DNA of 64,000 nucleotides from an uncultured Verrucomicrobiota bacterium (GCA_964489425.1 CAZAYP010000002.1:82725-146724), one strand, 5' to 3'. Shown: positions 7,859 through 19,800, counted from the first letter of the stretch. Numbers and translations are program-made. The notes: generated by a model from the sequence alone, not told the origin.

Positions 7859-10800
7859 CTATTCCGTTTGAATCCGGTAAAATCCGCGCGGGGCGGCCGG
7901 ATCCATGACGTGGAAGATGTTCAGCGGCGGAGTGGCGGGCAGGTCGCCGGCCAGGGGCGCGAAGGCTTGTCGCAGGTCGGGCGTGTGCAGGATCCGGTAC
8001 CATTCGTTGCTGCGGCTGAGCCAGCGGATGACCAATGTTCCATCCGCCCAGACGCATTGGGCAACGTACAGCGCCTGCGCCTGGGCGGGGTAGGGGCCGT
8101 ACGGTTCCGAGGTTCCATCCGTGAGCAGGGCAACCACCCGGTATTGATACACGGTGTTCACGCCGGCATCCATGTCCTCCACGCAGTAGCTTGCGCCAAC
8201 GCCCCCCTGGGACAAGCCATCGGCGGGGATCGGGCCGGCGGAGACCGCGATCCATACCCCGCGATCCGGATCCCAACGATAGAGGTAGAACCCCGCCAGG
8301 TCCTGTTCCGCGCCGGTTTGCCAGCACACTTGGATGCGGCCGTTTTCCTCGTGCAGCGCGAACCCGTGGATGGCCATGGCCGTGGGCTGTGAGTAATAGG
8401 CGAACGCGTTCGTTTTTATCGTGATGCCAAAGCTGGTCGAACAGACCCGCACATCGCCCGTGGTCGCGCCCGGCGCCATGCCGGTCCGGACCACCACCTG
8501 CGTGGAGTCCTGGCTGACGATCTCCGTTGCGGCCACGTTGCACAAGATCACGTCCGTGATGTCCCCGCCGTTGCCCAAGTCCTGGCCGCCGATCACCACC
8601 GTGATGCCGCCCGTGATGCTGACCAGGTCCGGCTCGACGGTGGCAATGGAGCCCGTGGGATTGTACGTGTACGCCGCGTTCAGCCGGCACTCGCCGAGAC
8701 TGGCGGACTGGATGCGGATGTCCACCGCGCCGGTGACCGTGGCCGCGGGCATGATCCACTGCACCCACGCCGCGGCCTGCGTGACCGCCACCACGGCCTG
8801 CGCCCCAATCCAGAGGTTGGTGATGTCGTTGCCGTTGCCCAGCGCGCCGTTGTTGACCGTGACCTGGTTGCCGCCTGCGTACGGGCCGTTCTGGTCGCTG
8901 ATCTCGTACACCTTGACGAGGTTGGTCACGCCGGGCGCGGCGTTCCAGTTGGTGTCGCCGGACTGCTGCGCGGCCACGCGCACGTCGCCGGCGCCGGTGA
9001 ACGAGAGGTTGGTATAGTCGCTGATCATGCCCGGACCGGCCGTCACCTCGAAGCTGACCGGCAACCCGGCATCCGTCGTGGCCGCCAGACCGAGCTCGGT
9101 GCTGGACAAGGGCGGATCGGGCTGGGTAAACCCCGAGATCGCCTGCTGGGCCCGGGCCACGTCGAGGAGGCCGGCGGCATGGCCGGAGTGGTTGGCATTG
9201 GCGACCGTGCCGGTTACCGCGTACGACCCGGCGTTGACCGGCGCTCCAGCGCCTCCGTCGTAGGTAAAGCTCACGCTCAGCCCCGCGGGCATGGTCGTGG
9301 CGCTGGCGGCGCGAGCGGTGCCATCGTACACCTGCTGCAACGAGCCCAGGTACACCGCCGCCGCGGCCGGGCTGATCACCAGCTGGTCCACGGTCTGGCC
9401 GCTGTAGTTGGCTTCCACCACCAGCCCGGTCACCGTGTACGACCCGGCGTTGGTCGGCGCGGAGGCCTGGCCGTTATAGGTCAGCGCCACGGTCAGCCCG
9501 ACCGGGTCGGTGACGGCGCTGGCGTTCCTGGCTGTGCCGTCGTAGGTCTGCAGCAGGTCGCCCAGGCTCACTGTCGCGGCTTGCCGGCTTACCTGCAGTG
9601 CCGCCACAGCCTGGCCGGCGTAGTTCACCTCGGTCACCATGGCCGTGACGGCATAGGTCCCAGCATTGGTCGGCGGCCATCCGAGCCCGTTGTAAGTCAC
9701 CACCACGGTCAGGCCGGTCGGTGTGGTGCCCACGGTGACGGCGCGGGCGGTGCCGTCATACGCCTGGTCCAACCCGCTCAAGGTCACTGCGGCCACGGCT
9801 TGCGTAATCTGCAACCCGATGGTCACGTCCCATGGGCTGTTGGTGGCCTCGGCCGACCATACGGTGACCGTGCCCGCGTAACTGCCGGCGTCCAACCCGG
9901 CCACGCTTACTGTTCCGGATATGGTCATGCCGGCGTTCCCCGCCAGCCATCCCGCCGCCGGCGCCACGCCCAGCCACGCGCCCGCGCCCTGGCGCGCGAT
10001 GTTGGTGAACTGCAGCGCCGCCCCTCCCGCATTGGTCAGCACGAAGGCGGCCGCCGGCGGGTCGCTGCCATAGGCTGTCACGTAGTCCAGGCGGCCGGTG
10101 CTTGTTCCCAACGCCGCTGGTTCCACACCTTCGCCTTGCACGTTGATGAGGTAGGGTGCGTTGGTGGTCCCGTTGTGTACGATGTCCACCAGCGCCGTGT
10201 ACGTTCCCAGACCCGGCGGCCGGAACACGAGCGCGAAGTTCGTGGCTGCGCCCGGCGGCAGCTCGTCCTGGAAGCAAAGGAACTCGAATGCGCCGGCGCC
10301 GGTTCCGTTGGTCAAGGCGCCGCTCACCACCAGGTTGGTGGTGCCGTTGTTGCCGAACGTGAACCAGTTGGTTCGCGCCCGGGCTACGCCCACCCCGCCG
10401 AAGTCCGTGCCGGAAGCTGCGGCGGCCGGCGCGGCATTGGCCAGCAGCACGCCGTTGGTCCCGCGGATCCAGATCACCACGTTGTGCACGAAAAACCGGT
10501 TGGTCTTGGCCGGCGCCGCCTCCCGGTTGGCGTCCCCGGCTTGGCTCGCCACCACGCTCACAAACCCCGTGCTGCTGAAGGTCAGGTTGGTCAGGTCGGC
10601 GATGGCGCCCGGCCCCTCCACCACCGCAAAATCCACCGGCAGGCCCGACGCGGCGCTGGCGCCCAGCGCCACCAGGTTGGTCAGGTACTGGTCCGGGATG
10701 GCTGGGAACGCGATGGCCTGCGCCGCCGGGGTGACCACCATGTTGGTGACGCTTTCGCCGGCGTACAGCGCATCGACCACTGTGCCGGTCACGGCGTAGG

Positions 10801-13800
10801 TGCCGGCGTTGGTCGGGGCCCAGGCCAGGCTGTCGTAGGTGAAGCTGACAGACAACCCCGCGGGCATGGTGGTGGCGATCGCACTGCGCGCCGTGCCGTC
10901 GTAGACTTGGTTTAATCCGCCGCTGAAATATACGGTCGCGTCCGCCTTGGTCACGCTAATGGTGTTGGTAATATCCGGCGCGGCGTCCCAGTTGGCGTTG
11001 CCGGGCTGGCTGGCTTTCAGGCTCACCGTGCCCGCGCCGGTGAAGAGAAGGTTGGTGCCGGCGCTGAGGCTGGCGGGGCCGGCGTGGACCGCGAAACTCA
11101 CGGCCAGGCCCGATCCGGCGCTGGCGGCCAGGCCCAGGCGGTTGGTGGCCACCTGGGCGCCGGGAGAGGGGAACGTGATGGTCTGTGCGGCTTGCGCCAC
11201 GGCCAGGGTCCCGGTCATTGCTCCGGCGTACACGGCGTCCACCACGGTGCCCGTGACCGCGTAATTGCCGGCGCCCACGGGCGCTGAACCGCCGCCGTTG
11301 TAGGTGATGCTCACGGTCAGGCCGGCGGGCATGGTGGTGGCGGTGACGTTGCGGGCCGTCCCATCGTATGTCTGCGCCAGGCCCTGCAAGAAAACCTCGG
11401 CCGCGGCCTTGGCCACCACCAGGATGCCGGTGCTGCCGCCCGCGTACAGGTCTTCGATGATGGTCGCGGCCACCGCGTAGGAACCCGGGTTGGTTGGCGG
11501 CCATTCCAGGTCATCGTAGGTCAGGCTGACGGTCAACCCGGCGGGCATGGTGGTGGCGGTGACGGCGCGGGCGGTGCCGTCGTACACTTGGTTCAAATCC
11601 TCGAAATAAACCGCTGCGTCCGCCTTGGTCACGTTGAACGTGTTGGTGACCTCAGGCGCGGTTTCCCAGTTGCCGTCGCCAGCCTGGCCTGCGACCAAGG
11701 TCACCATGCCTGTGCCGGTAAACGTCAGGTTGGTGGCATCGGCCAGGAACCCCGGGCCCGCAGTCACGGAAAACGCCACTTCGAGGCCGCTGGTTGCGCT
11801 GGCGGCCAATCCCAGTTGGTTGGTGGCAAGTTGCGCGCCGGGGGAGGGGAAATCGATCGCCTGCGGCGCTTTGGCCACGGCCAACGTGCCGTTGGTCCAT
11901 CCTTCGTACAAGGCTTCGACCACCAGGCCGGTGACGGCATACACCCCGGCATTGGTTGGCGGCCATTCCAGGTCATCGTAGGTAAGGCTGACGGTCAACC
12001 CGGCGGGCATGGTGGTGGCGGTCGCGGCGCGAGCGGCGCCGTTGTACATCTGGGCCAGGTTCGCCAGGTAGACCGCGGCGCGGGCGCGGGAAACCGTGAA
12101 CGTGTGGCAGACATCCGCGGCTGGGTTCCAGTTGGAGGTGCCGGCCTGGCTGGCCGCCACTTCGACCTGGCCCGCGCCGGAAAACGAGAGGTTGGTTCCA
12201 TCCGTGATGGAAGCCGGCCCGTCATCCACCACGAAGCTCACTGCCAGGCCGGACGATGCCTGCGCCGCCAAGCGCAAGAGGTTGGTCGCGGATTGCGGGC
12301 CAGGGATGGAAAAGTTGGTGATGGCTTGATCCGCCCGGGCAAGGTCCAGGATGCCTAAGGCTTTGCCCGAATAATTGGCATCGGCAACCGTGCCGGTGAC
12401 CGCGTAGGCGCCGGCGTTGACCGGTGCGCTGGCGCTGCCATTGTAAGTGAAACTCACGGTCAAGCCGGCGGGCATGGTGGTGGCGGTCGCGGCGCGGGCG
12501 GTGCCGTCGTACACCTGCTGCAACGACTCCAGGTACACCGCCGCATCGGCCGGGCTGATGACCAGCGTGTCCACGGCCACCCCGCTGTAGTTGACCTCCA
12601 CCACCGTCCCGGTCACAACGTACGACCCGGCATTGGTTGGCGTGGCCGCGTGCCCGTTGTAGGTCAGCGCCACGGTCAGCCCGGCGGGGTCGGTGACGGC
12701 GCTGGCGCTCTTGGCTGAGCCGTCGTAGGTCTGCAGCAGATCTCCCAGGTTAACCTCCGCCGTCTGCTGGCGTACCAGGAGCGTATCCACGGCCTGGCCG
12801 GCGTAGTTCACCTCGGTCACCATCGCGGTGACGGCATAGGGTCCGGCATTGGTGGGCGCCCATCCGAGGCCGTTGTAAGTCACCACCACGGTCAGGCCGG
12901 TAGGCGTGGTGCCCACGGTGATGGCGCGGGCGGTGCCGTCGTAGGCCTGGTCCAGCGCGCCCAGCGTCACCGCGGCCACGGCCTGCGTCACCTGCAATCC
13001 CACGGTTATGTCCAGCGGGCTGTTGGTGGCCTCGGCCGACCACACGGTTACCGTGCCTGCGTAGCTGCCGGCGTCCAGGCCTGCCGCGGAAACCTGGCCG
13101 GTCACGGTCGTGGCCGTGTTCCCCGCCAGCCATCCCGCCGCCGGCGCCACGCTCAGCCACGTGCCCGCGCCCTGGCGCACGATGTTGGTGAACTGCAGCG
13201 CCGCTGCGCCCAGGTTGGTCAGCACCAAGGCCGCCGCTGGCGGAGCCACCCCGTAGGCGGTCGCGTAGTCCAGGCGGGCGGTGCTTGTCCCCAACGCCGC
13301 GGGTTCCACGCCTGTGCCCTGCACGTTGATGAGATACGGCACGTTGGTTGTTCCATTATGCGCGATTTCCACCAGCGCCGTGCAGGGCCCAAGCCCTGAC
13401 GGACGGAACGCCATGGCGAAGTTGGCGTAGGTGCCAGCCAACACGTTGTTGGTCAGGCCGACCATCTCGAATGATTCCGCTCCAGTTCCATTGGTGGTGC
13501 TGCCGCTCACCACCAAATTCGTTGTGCCATTGTTGCCCAACCGGAACCAGTTGGTTTGCGTGCGGCCGACGCCCACGGCGCCGAAATCCGTGCCCGCGGC
13601 CAGGGCCGCCGGCGCCTCGTTGACCAGCAAGGCCCCGTTGGTGCCCCGGATCCAGATCACCACGTTGTGCACGAAAAACCGGTTGGTCATGGCCGGCGCC
13701 GCGTCCCAGTTGGCATCCCCGGCCTGGCTCGCCGCCACGCTCACAAACCCGGTGCTGCTGAAGGTCAGGTTGGTCAGGTCGGCGATGGCGCCTGGCCCTT

Positions 13801-16648
13801 CGGTCACCGCAAAGCTTACCGCGAGCCCCGACCCGGCGCCGGCGCCCAGCGCCACCTGGTTGGTCAAGTATTGGTCCGCCACGGCCGGGAACGTAATGGT
13901 CTGCGTCCCCGGGGCCACCACCAGGTTGGTGACGCCTTCGCCGGCGTAGAGCGCCTCGGCCACGGTCCCGGTCACGGTGTAGGTCCCGGCATTGGTCGGC
14001 GGCCAGGCCAGGCTGTCGTAGGAGAGGCTCACGGTCAACCCGGCGGGCATGGTGGTGGCGGTGACCGCGCGGGCGGTGCCGTCATACGACTGGCTCAGTC
14101 CGCTGAAGAATACGGAAGCGCCCGCCTGGGTTACGCTGAAGGTGTTGGTGACGTCCGGCGCGGGTCCCCAGTTGGCGTTGCCGGGCTGGCTGGCTTTGAG
14201 GCTCACCGCGCCCGCGCCGGTGAAGAGGAGGTTGGTGCCAGCGCTGAGGCTGGCGGGGCCGGAAAGGACCGCGAAACTCACGGACAGGCCGCTGGACGCG
14301 CTGGCGGCCAGGCCCAGGCGGTTGGTGGCCACCTGGGCGCCGGGGGCGGGGAACGTGATGGTCTGCGCCGCCTGCGCCACGGCCAGGGTCCCGGTCATTG
14401 CTCCGGCGTACAGGGCGTCCACCACGGTGCCGGTGACCGCGTAATTGCCGGCGCTCACGGGCGCGGATCCGCCGCCGTTGTAAGTGATGCTGACGGTCAG
14501 TCCGGCCGGCATGGTGGTGGCCGTGACCGTGCGGGCGGTGCCGTCGTACGTCTGCGCCAGGCCCTGCAAATACACGCCCGCCGGGGCCCGGGTCACCGTG
14601 ACCAGGTTGGTGACATCGGCCGCGGCCAACCAGTTGCTGTTGCCGGCCTGGCTGGCGCGCAGGATCACGGTCCCGGCGCCGTAAAAGGAAAGATTCGTTG
14701 CGTCGGCCAAACTGCCCGGGCCCCCCAGCACCGCGAAACTGACCGCCAGGCCGGCGGACGACGTGGCCGCCAGCCCCAGCCGGTTGGTGGCCTCCTGGCC
14801 GGGGATGGCCGGGAAACTGATGGTTTGGCCGGCCTTGTTGACCGTGAGGGCAACGGTGATTTTCTGCGGGCTGTTGGTGGCGTCCGGGGCCGTGACCTGG
14901 TTGGTGGCCAGGTAGGTTCCGGCGTTCAAACCGGCCGTAGCAACGCCGGCGGTATGGATGCGCGAGGTCGCGCCTGCGACGACCCCGGTGGGATCCAGGA
15001 TGGACAGCCAGCCGCTGGCGTTGGCCCCGTACGCGATGCGGTTGGAATACCCGAATGCCGCCTGGCCGGCGTTGGTCATCGTTACCAACTGCGCGGCGGG
15101 ATCGGCGGCCAGGTACGTGGCGGTAAACGCCAGGCTGGTCGGGGCCGCACCGATAGCGCCCGCCGTGATGCCCGTGCCACAAAGATTGATCCGGTAGGGC
15201 GAGTTGGTCGTATTGTTGGCGATGACCAGGATGGCGGTATGCACGCCGGGAACCGCCGGGCTGAACACGATCGAAAAGTTGCTGCAGGTGCCGGGCGACA
15301 CCGTATCCGGCAGGCCGTGCACCACGAACCGTGCTGCGCTTGCGCCGTTCGTGGTCCAGGACGACAGGTTGAAACTCACCGCGCAGGTGTTGGTGATGAA
15401 GAGCGTGTTGGTCAGCGCCCGGCCGGCCACGAAAGCGCCGAAATCGGTGCCCACGGCGCTGCCGGCCGCCGCGTCGTTTTCAAGCACGGCATGGTTGACG
15501 CCCAGCACGGCCAGGGCATGATCCGCGGCGATTTCCAGCGGGCGGGCCGCATTGAACAGGTGATTGGACGCCACGTTCTGATAGCCGGCCCATACCCAGT
15601 TGGACGAGCGGGCCAAGCTGGAAATCCGGAGTTCGTCGAGGCCGCCCCGGAAAAAATAGGTGGTATGCTTGCCAAACTGCAGCTCCTGGGTGCTCATGGT
15701 GAAGGTGTACAGGTTGGAATTGATCTGGAGACCGTTGCGGTAGAGCCGCCACATGCCGCCGGCCGGGTTGGCCACGGTCAGATCATAGCGATGCCAGTTG
15801 CCGTTGTTCAGGAAGGGGTCGGTGGGGAACACCTTGCCGTTGGCATAAATGTAATTGCCGGCCGAGGCGTTGTCCTGGATGATGAAGCGATTGACCCCGC
15901 TGCCCAGATCGCTCGAAATCTGGGCGCCTTCCATGTGCCCGGTTTCCGACATCCACCACGATATGGAAAACGCCGTGCGGCCCTGCAGCGGGTTGATGCC
16001 GGCGCCCAATCCCACGTAGGCCGAGGTGCCGTTGAATCCCTGGCCGCCCGCGATCATTCCGGGCGCATTGGTGTTGTTGGAGGCGGCCCCGTGATAGCGG
16101 TTGGAGGTTGAGTCCATGACTGCGGGGGCGGATAAGTGCCACACGCCAAGGTACGCTTGAGACCATGTGGCGCCGCTGGTGCGGCAGGGGGGCGCGGTTT
16201 GTCCGCTTTGGCCCCAGTAAGCCCAGATGTGCGCGTTGGTGTTGGGCACGGACGGGACCTGCACCCAGGCGCAGGAGGCGCCATTGGTGTTCCAGGATTC
16301 GATCTCGTGGTTCAGTTGCAGCACGCCGTTGCTGTTCATGAACAGGAGGTCCGCATTCGTGCCCGAGAGCATCTGGCTGTAATGGAACCCGCCACCCATA
16401 CCGTTGGAGAAAACCACGAGGACCGGAAAATTGGTCAGGTTCTCCGTGCGTTGGTAGCCGGGCAACGCGATTTTCATGCGGTAGTTCCACGCCTCGGCAA
16501 TGCCCGGCACGAACAGGCTGGCGGCCAGGGCCATGGAAATCATCAACGACAGCGAGACCCGGGTACCAAAACACCGGTATGAGCATGACAGAGAGCGCAA
16601 GCACGACGCCATGGTCCGGAGAACGATGACCCACCGTATTTTCATCAC
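7859..16648 (-). CDS. Giant (2929 aa) secreted surface protein: N-terminal LamG/ConA-like region followed by a long array of MBG (YDG) / Ig-like repeats and a C-terminal FN3-like module
   Basis: Continuous ORF. Recurring ...YDGTARAVTATTMPAGLTVS.TY......PTNAGTYAVTGTV... units typical of MBG domains. DELRISSLARSSNWVWAGY motif typical of LamG-like jelly-rolls. A hydrophobic signal (MISMALAASLFVPGIAEA) follows a 35-aa basic extension, so the true start may be at about 16543. Contains a ~3.18-kb internal tandem duplication. Confidence 0.9.
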   Translation of the reverse strand: MMKIRWVIVLRTMASCLRSLSCSYRCFGTRVSLSLMISMALAASLFVPGIAEAWNYRMKIALPGYQRTENLTNFPVLVVFSNGMGGGFHYSQMLSGTNADLLFMNSNGVLQLNHEIESWNTNGASCAWVQVPSVPNTNAHIWAYWGQSGQTAPPCRTSGATWSQAYLGVWHLSAPAVMDSTSNRYHGAASNNTNAPGMIAGGQGFNGTSAYVGLGAGINPLQGRTAFSISWWMSETGHMEGAQISSDLGSGVNRFIIQDNASAGNYIYANGKVFPTDPFLNNGNWHRYDLTVANPAGGMWRLYRNGLQINSNLYTFTMSTQELQFGKHTTYFFRGGLDELRISSLARSSNWVWAGYQNVASNHLFNAARPLEIAADHALAVLGVNHAVLENDAAAGSAVGTDFGAFVAGRALTNTLFITNTCAVSFNLSSWTTNGASAARFVVHGLPDTVSPGTCSNFSIVFSPAVPGVHTAILVIANNTTNSPYRINLCGTGITAGAIGAAPTSLAFTATYLAADPAAQLVTMTNAGQAAFGYSNRIAYGANASGWLSILDPTGVVAGATSRIHTAGVATAGLNAGTYLATNQVTAPDATNSPQKITVALTVNKAGQTISFPAIPGQEATNRLGLAATSSAGLAVSFAVLGGPGSLADATNLSFYGAGTVILRASQAGNSNWLAAADVTNLVTVTRAPAGVYLQGLAQTYDGTARTVTATTMPAGLTVSITYNGGGSAPVSAGNYAVTGTVVDALYAGAMTGTLAVAQAAQTITFPAPGAQVATNRLGLAASASSGLSVSFAVLSGPASLSAGTNLLFTGAGAVSLKASQPGNANWGPAPDVTNTFSVTQAGASVFFSGLSQSYDGTARAVTATTMPAGLTVSLSYDSLAWPPTNAGTYTVTGTVAEALYAGEGVTNLVVAPGTQTITFPAVADQYLTNQVALGAGAGSGLAVSFAVTEGPGAIADLTNLTFSSTGFVSVAASQAGDANWDAAPAMTNRFFVHNVVIWIRGTNGALLVNEAPAALAAGTDFGAVGVGRTQTNWFRLGNNGTTNLVVSGSTTNGTGAESFEMVGLTNNVLAGTYANFAMAFRPSGLGPCTALVEIAHNGTTNVPYLINVQGTGVEPAALGTSTARLDYATAYGVAPPAAALVLTNLGAAALQFTNIVRQGAGTWLSVAPAAGWLAGNTATTVTGQVSAAGLDAGSYAGTVTVWSAEATNSPLDITVGLQVTQAVAAVTLGALDQAYDGTARAITVGTTPTGLTVVVTYNGLGWAPTNAGPYAVTAMVTEVNYAGQAVDTLLVRQQTAEVNLGDLLQTYDGSAKSASAVTDPAGLTVALTYNGHAATPTNAGSYVVTGTVVEVNYSGVAVDTLVISPADAAVYLESLQQVYDGTARAATATTMPAGLTVSFTYNGSASAPVNAGAYAVTGTVADANYSGKALGILDLARADQAITNFSIPGPQSATNLLRLAAQASSGLAVSFVVDDGPASITDGTNLSFSGAGQVEVAASQAGTSNWNPAADVCHTFTVSRARAAVYLANLAQMYNGAARAATATTMPAGLTVSLTYDDLEWPPTNAGVYAVTGLVVEALYEGWTNGTLAVAKAPQAIDFPSPGAQLATNQLGLAASATSGLEVAFSVTAGPGFLADATNLTFTGTGMVTLVAGQAGDGNWETAPEVTNTFNVTKADAAVYFEDLNQVYDGTARAVTATTMPAGLTVSLTYDDLEWPPTNPGSYAVAATIIEDLYAGGSTGILVVAKAAAEVFLQGLAQTYDGTARNVTATTMPAGLTVSITYNGGGSAPVGAGNYAVTGTVVDAVYAGAMTGTLAVAQAAQTITFPSPGAQVATNRLGLAASAGSGLAVSFAVHAGPASLSAGTNLLFTGAGTVSLKASQPGNANWDAAPDITNTISVTKADATVYFSGGLNQVYDGTARSAIATTMPAGLSVSFTYDSLAWAPTNAGTYAVTGTVVDALYAGESVTNMVVTPAAQAIAFPAIPDQYLTNLVALGASAASGLPVDFAVVEGPGAIADLTNLTFSSTGFVSVVASQAGDANREAAPAKTNRFFVHNVVIWIRGTNGVLLANAAPAAAASGTDFGGVGVARARTNWFTFGNNGTTNLVVSGALTNGTGAGAFEFLCFQDELPPGAATNFALVFRPPGLGTYTALVDIVHNGTTNAPYLINVQGEGVEPAALGTSTGRLDYVTAYGSDPPAAAFVLTNAGGAALQFTNIARQGAGAWLGVAPAAGWLAGNAGMTISGTVSVAGLDAGSYAGTVTVWSAEATNSPWDVTIGLQITQAVAAVTLSGLDQAYDGTARAVTVGTTPTGLTVVVTYNGLGWPPTNAGTYAVTAMVTEVNYAGQAVAALQVSRQAATVSLGDLLQTYDGTARNASAVTDPVGLTVALTYNGQASAPTNAGSYTVTGLVVEANYSGQTVDQLVISPAAAAVYLGSLQQVYDGTARAASATTMPAGLSVSFTYDGGAGAPVNAGSYAVTGTVANANHSGHAAGLLDVARAQQAISGFTQPDPPLSSTELGLAATTDAGLPVSFEVTAGPGMISDYTNLSFTGAGDVRVAAQQSGDTNWNAAPGVTNLVKVYEISDQNGPYAGGNQVTVNNGALGNGNDITNLWIGAQAVVAVTQAAAWVQWIMPAATVTGAVDIRIQSASLGECRLNAAYTYNPTGSIATVEPDLVSITGGITVVIGGQDLGNGGDITDVILCNVAATEIVSQDSTQVVVRTGMAPGATTGDVRVCSTSFGITIKTNAFAYYSQPTAMAIHGFALHEENGRIQVCWQTGAEQDLAGFYLYRWDPDRGVWIAVSAGPIPADGLSQGGVGASYCVEDMDAGVNTVYQYRVVALLTDGTSEPYGPYPAQAQALYVAQCVWADGTLVIRWLSRSNEWYRILHTPDLRQAFAPLAGDLPATPPLNIFHVMDPAAPRGFYRIQTE

Positions 16649-16740
16649 AGCATCCAGTCATCAATGTACCCCGTTGCTATATATCTGTACATTTTAGTGA
16701 TAAACTTCCCCGCTCCTTCGGCAATAGTTTAGTAAAACGC

Positions 16741-16769
16741 TTAACAAGCTCGGGCCGCTTATGTATGAT
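16741..16769 (+). promoter_or_regulatory. Candidate sigma70-like promoter (TTAACA-17-TATGAT) in the AT-rich divergent intergenic region, driving the gene at 16852
   Basis: Hexamers at 16741-16746 and 16764-16769. The 200-bp intergenic region is about 42% GC against a 65% background. Confidence 0.3.
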
Positions 16770-16851
16770 ATATTTAACGAAGAGTCCCTGAGGGTGTACT
16801 GATATGCAAAATGGGCACAACAGGCAGACTGGCATCCTGACGGTGGAGAAC

Positions 16852-19800
16852 ATGGCCATGACGAGACGCACGATTGTTTTTTTGGCGGTGGTGGCGGCGG
16901 TCATCAGTGCCGCGGGATGGTTTCCCCAGGAAGCCCGCGCCGAGGCTATGCTGCAGTATTTCAACACCAGCTACGCCGAAATTACGGACAAGATGCCGGA
17001 ACTGGCCGAGGCCGGATACTCCTCGATCTGGCTGCCGCCACCCACCAAGGGCAGCGGCGGGTTGTCCGTGGGGTATGACCTGTGGGATCCGCTCGACATC
17101 GGCGGCAAGGACCAGCGCGGCAGCATCCGCACCCGCTACGGCACCGAGGCCGAGTTGATGATCCTGCTCGAAACCGCGCACCGGTTCGGCATTCGCATTT
17201 ACTTCGACAACATCATGAATCACCGTGCGTTCGACATCCCGGGGTACAACGAGGGCACGGACATTTACATCTATCCGGGCATGGTGCCGGAGGATTTCCA
17301 CCTGCGCGTGACCGAGGAAGGCTACTATCGCAAGTGGGACAACTGCCGCGACTGGAACAGCACCTGGCAGGTGCAGAACCTGGGCCTGGCCGACCTGATC
17401 GACATCGCCCACGAAACCCCCAACGACAACTTTGGCGCCAACGAGGGCGATGACCACCCGAAAATCAGCTTCATTCGCCATCCCAACAATCCCGAGTATT
17501 ACCTGGACACGGATTTGCCCATCAGCGTCGGATATGGAATCTACAGTTGGTCCGAGTACACCTTTGCCAACAAGGAACCCTATGACGACGTGGGCTATAC
17601 CAACGCCTCCGCCGTGTTTGTGTCGGCGGCCGTGGGCAACGGCAAGTTCGACTGGGAAGACCTTAACGCCAACGGCCAGCACGATGTGGGCGAGACGGGC
17701 GAGTCGTTCGACGATACCGGCCTGGATCCCTCCCGCTGGACCAGTGCGGATCGCGGCTACGGCGACGGCAAGTACAACATGGGCAACCCCGGCTACGAGG
17801 ATGTGGGCGCCTACCTGATCCGCGCCGGGCGCTGGCTCATGGATTACACCCGGGCGGACGGCCTGCGGCTCGACGCGGTCAAGCATGTGCCGGCCTACTT
17901 CTTCGGCGATTACGGCAGCGATACCAGCGGCAATGGCTACTGCGGCGGCGCCCAGGTCCAGTTCAACGTCAGCCGCGGTTTTTCCGACTGGGACAACCAT
18001 CGCGACACGGTCTTCAACACCGAGGGCAACCGCGACGATGCCATGATGTTCGGCGAGCATCTGGGCGAGCCGCCGGGCTATGGCGACTATCTCGGCCGCG
18101 GCATGCGGCTGGTCGACAACCCCCTGCGCAACGAGTTCAACAGCCGCCTGGGCAGCCCGTGGAACGGCCTGAGCGGTTATGACCAGTCCGGCTACGGCGG
18201 CTTTTCCGCCGCCTGCGGCGTGATGCACGCCCAGAGCCACGACAACGACTACGCCTCGCGCCGCGAGCTGCAGCATGCGTTCTATTTCACCCGCGATGGA
18301 CTCGGCCTGCTCTACACCGACGGCAACCACCATGCCGAAACCCTGGGCGAGAGCGGCGGCGCGTTCCCGCGCCATGCCAACACCGCGTTCCTCGGCCAGT
18401 GGGGCGACCTGCGCATCCCCAACCTGCTCTACATCCACGAGCAATTCGGCCGCGGCTACCAGAAAGGCGTGTGGTCGGACGGCGACTACGTGGCCTACCA
18501 GCGCATGGACTGGCGCCAGGGCGGCAGCACCGACGGCGACAAGGTTGTCATGCTGATCATGATCAACGACGACTATTCCGGCGGCCAGGCGCGCGACATC
18601 CGCGGCAGCATCAGCTTCGGCCATACCCCGTTCGTGGACGATGCCTATCTCTACAACTACTCCACCTACGGCGGCGGCTTTTACACCTATGCCTCGGCGC
18701 TCAACACCGTGATCGTGCCGGCCGGCGGCTACTTCGTGTTTTCGTGGCGCACGCCCGAGGAATCGGCGCTGTGGTCGGGCTTCGGCGGCGACCCGGTCAC
18801 ATTTTATGAGAACGGCCGGCAGGCGGGCACGATGTCCTACACCCGCACGGATGGCCCGGACGGCGACGCCAACTACAATCCTTACGGCGTGGCCGACACC
18901 AACGCGGCGGATTACTCTTACACCTACACCATCCCGCGCGTGACCTCGTCCACCAACCTGCGGATCGTGGCGCGCGCGGACGGGTCGGCGGCCAACGTGC
19001 TGCTGCGCCTGGACGGCGGCGTGGACCTGGACGGCGACGGCCGCGACAACCCGCCGGCCTTGTCCTCGGACGTGTACCTCGGCTTCGAACAACCGAGCTT
19101 CGTGAAGCGCATTTACAAGGAAAAGTTCGCCGCCGCCGACTCGGCCCGCAACCGGATCGGGTCCGCCGGCGCCGAGACCTACCACATGACCATTGGCTCG
19201 ACCGGCTACCGCACCAACTACAGCAACGGTGCCAACGACTGGGACAACAGCGAAACCGCCATGTGGATCTGGCACAACCCGCAATCCACCACTGATCTTG
19301 GCCCCAATCATTTTACCCCCGCGCCGGATAGCGCCGCCGGCACCTCGATCACCGTGTGGGTCAAGTCCGGAAACCAGTTCAACATGAACAACGTGGCCCT
19401 GTACTACACCACCAACGGCACCACCTGGCCCGAGGGCGCCGGCGGCGAGGGGTACGAGCAGACGCGCGTGGTGCCGTTCGCCTGGGACCACAACCAGTAC
19501 GAGTCCACCACCAACGACTGGTGGAAGGCCACCATCCCCGCCTTGCCCGCCGGCACCGTGCTGCGCTACAAGATCGGCTGCTACAAGCAGCAGGGCGAGG
19601 GGACCTGGTCCGTCACCTGGCCGGCCGATGCCGGCGCCGTGGCCACCAAGCTGAACCGCATGGGCGTGTGGGAAGTCACCAACATCAACGCCGCCGCCTT
19701 GACCGTGTACCCGCACAACGATTACGGCAACAAGTACACCGGGCTCCGGGAAGGGTTCCACCTGCTGACCGCGCGCGCGTTCCTCGAGCGCGATGCCCGC

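Noticed and set aside
8800-15160. Possible CRISPR array suggested by the regular repeats
   Set aside because: The repeats are ~3.2-kb and domain-sized protein-coding MBG units inside one long ORF, not short direct repeats with unique spacers. No cas genes are present.
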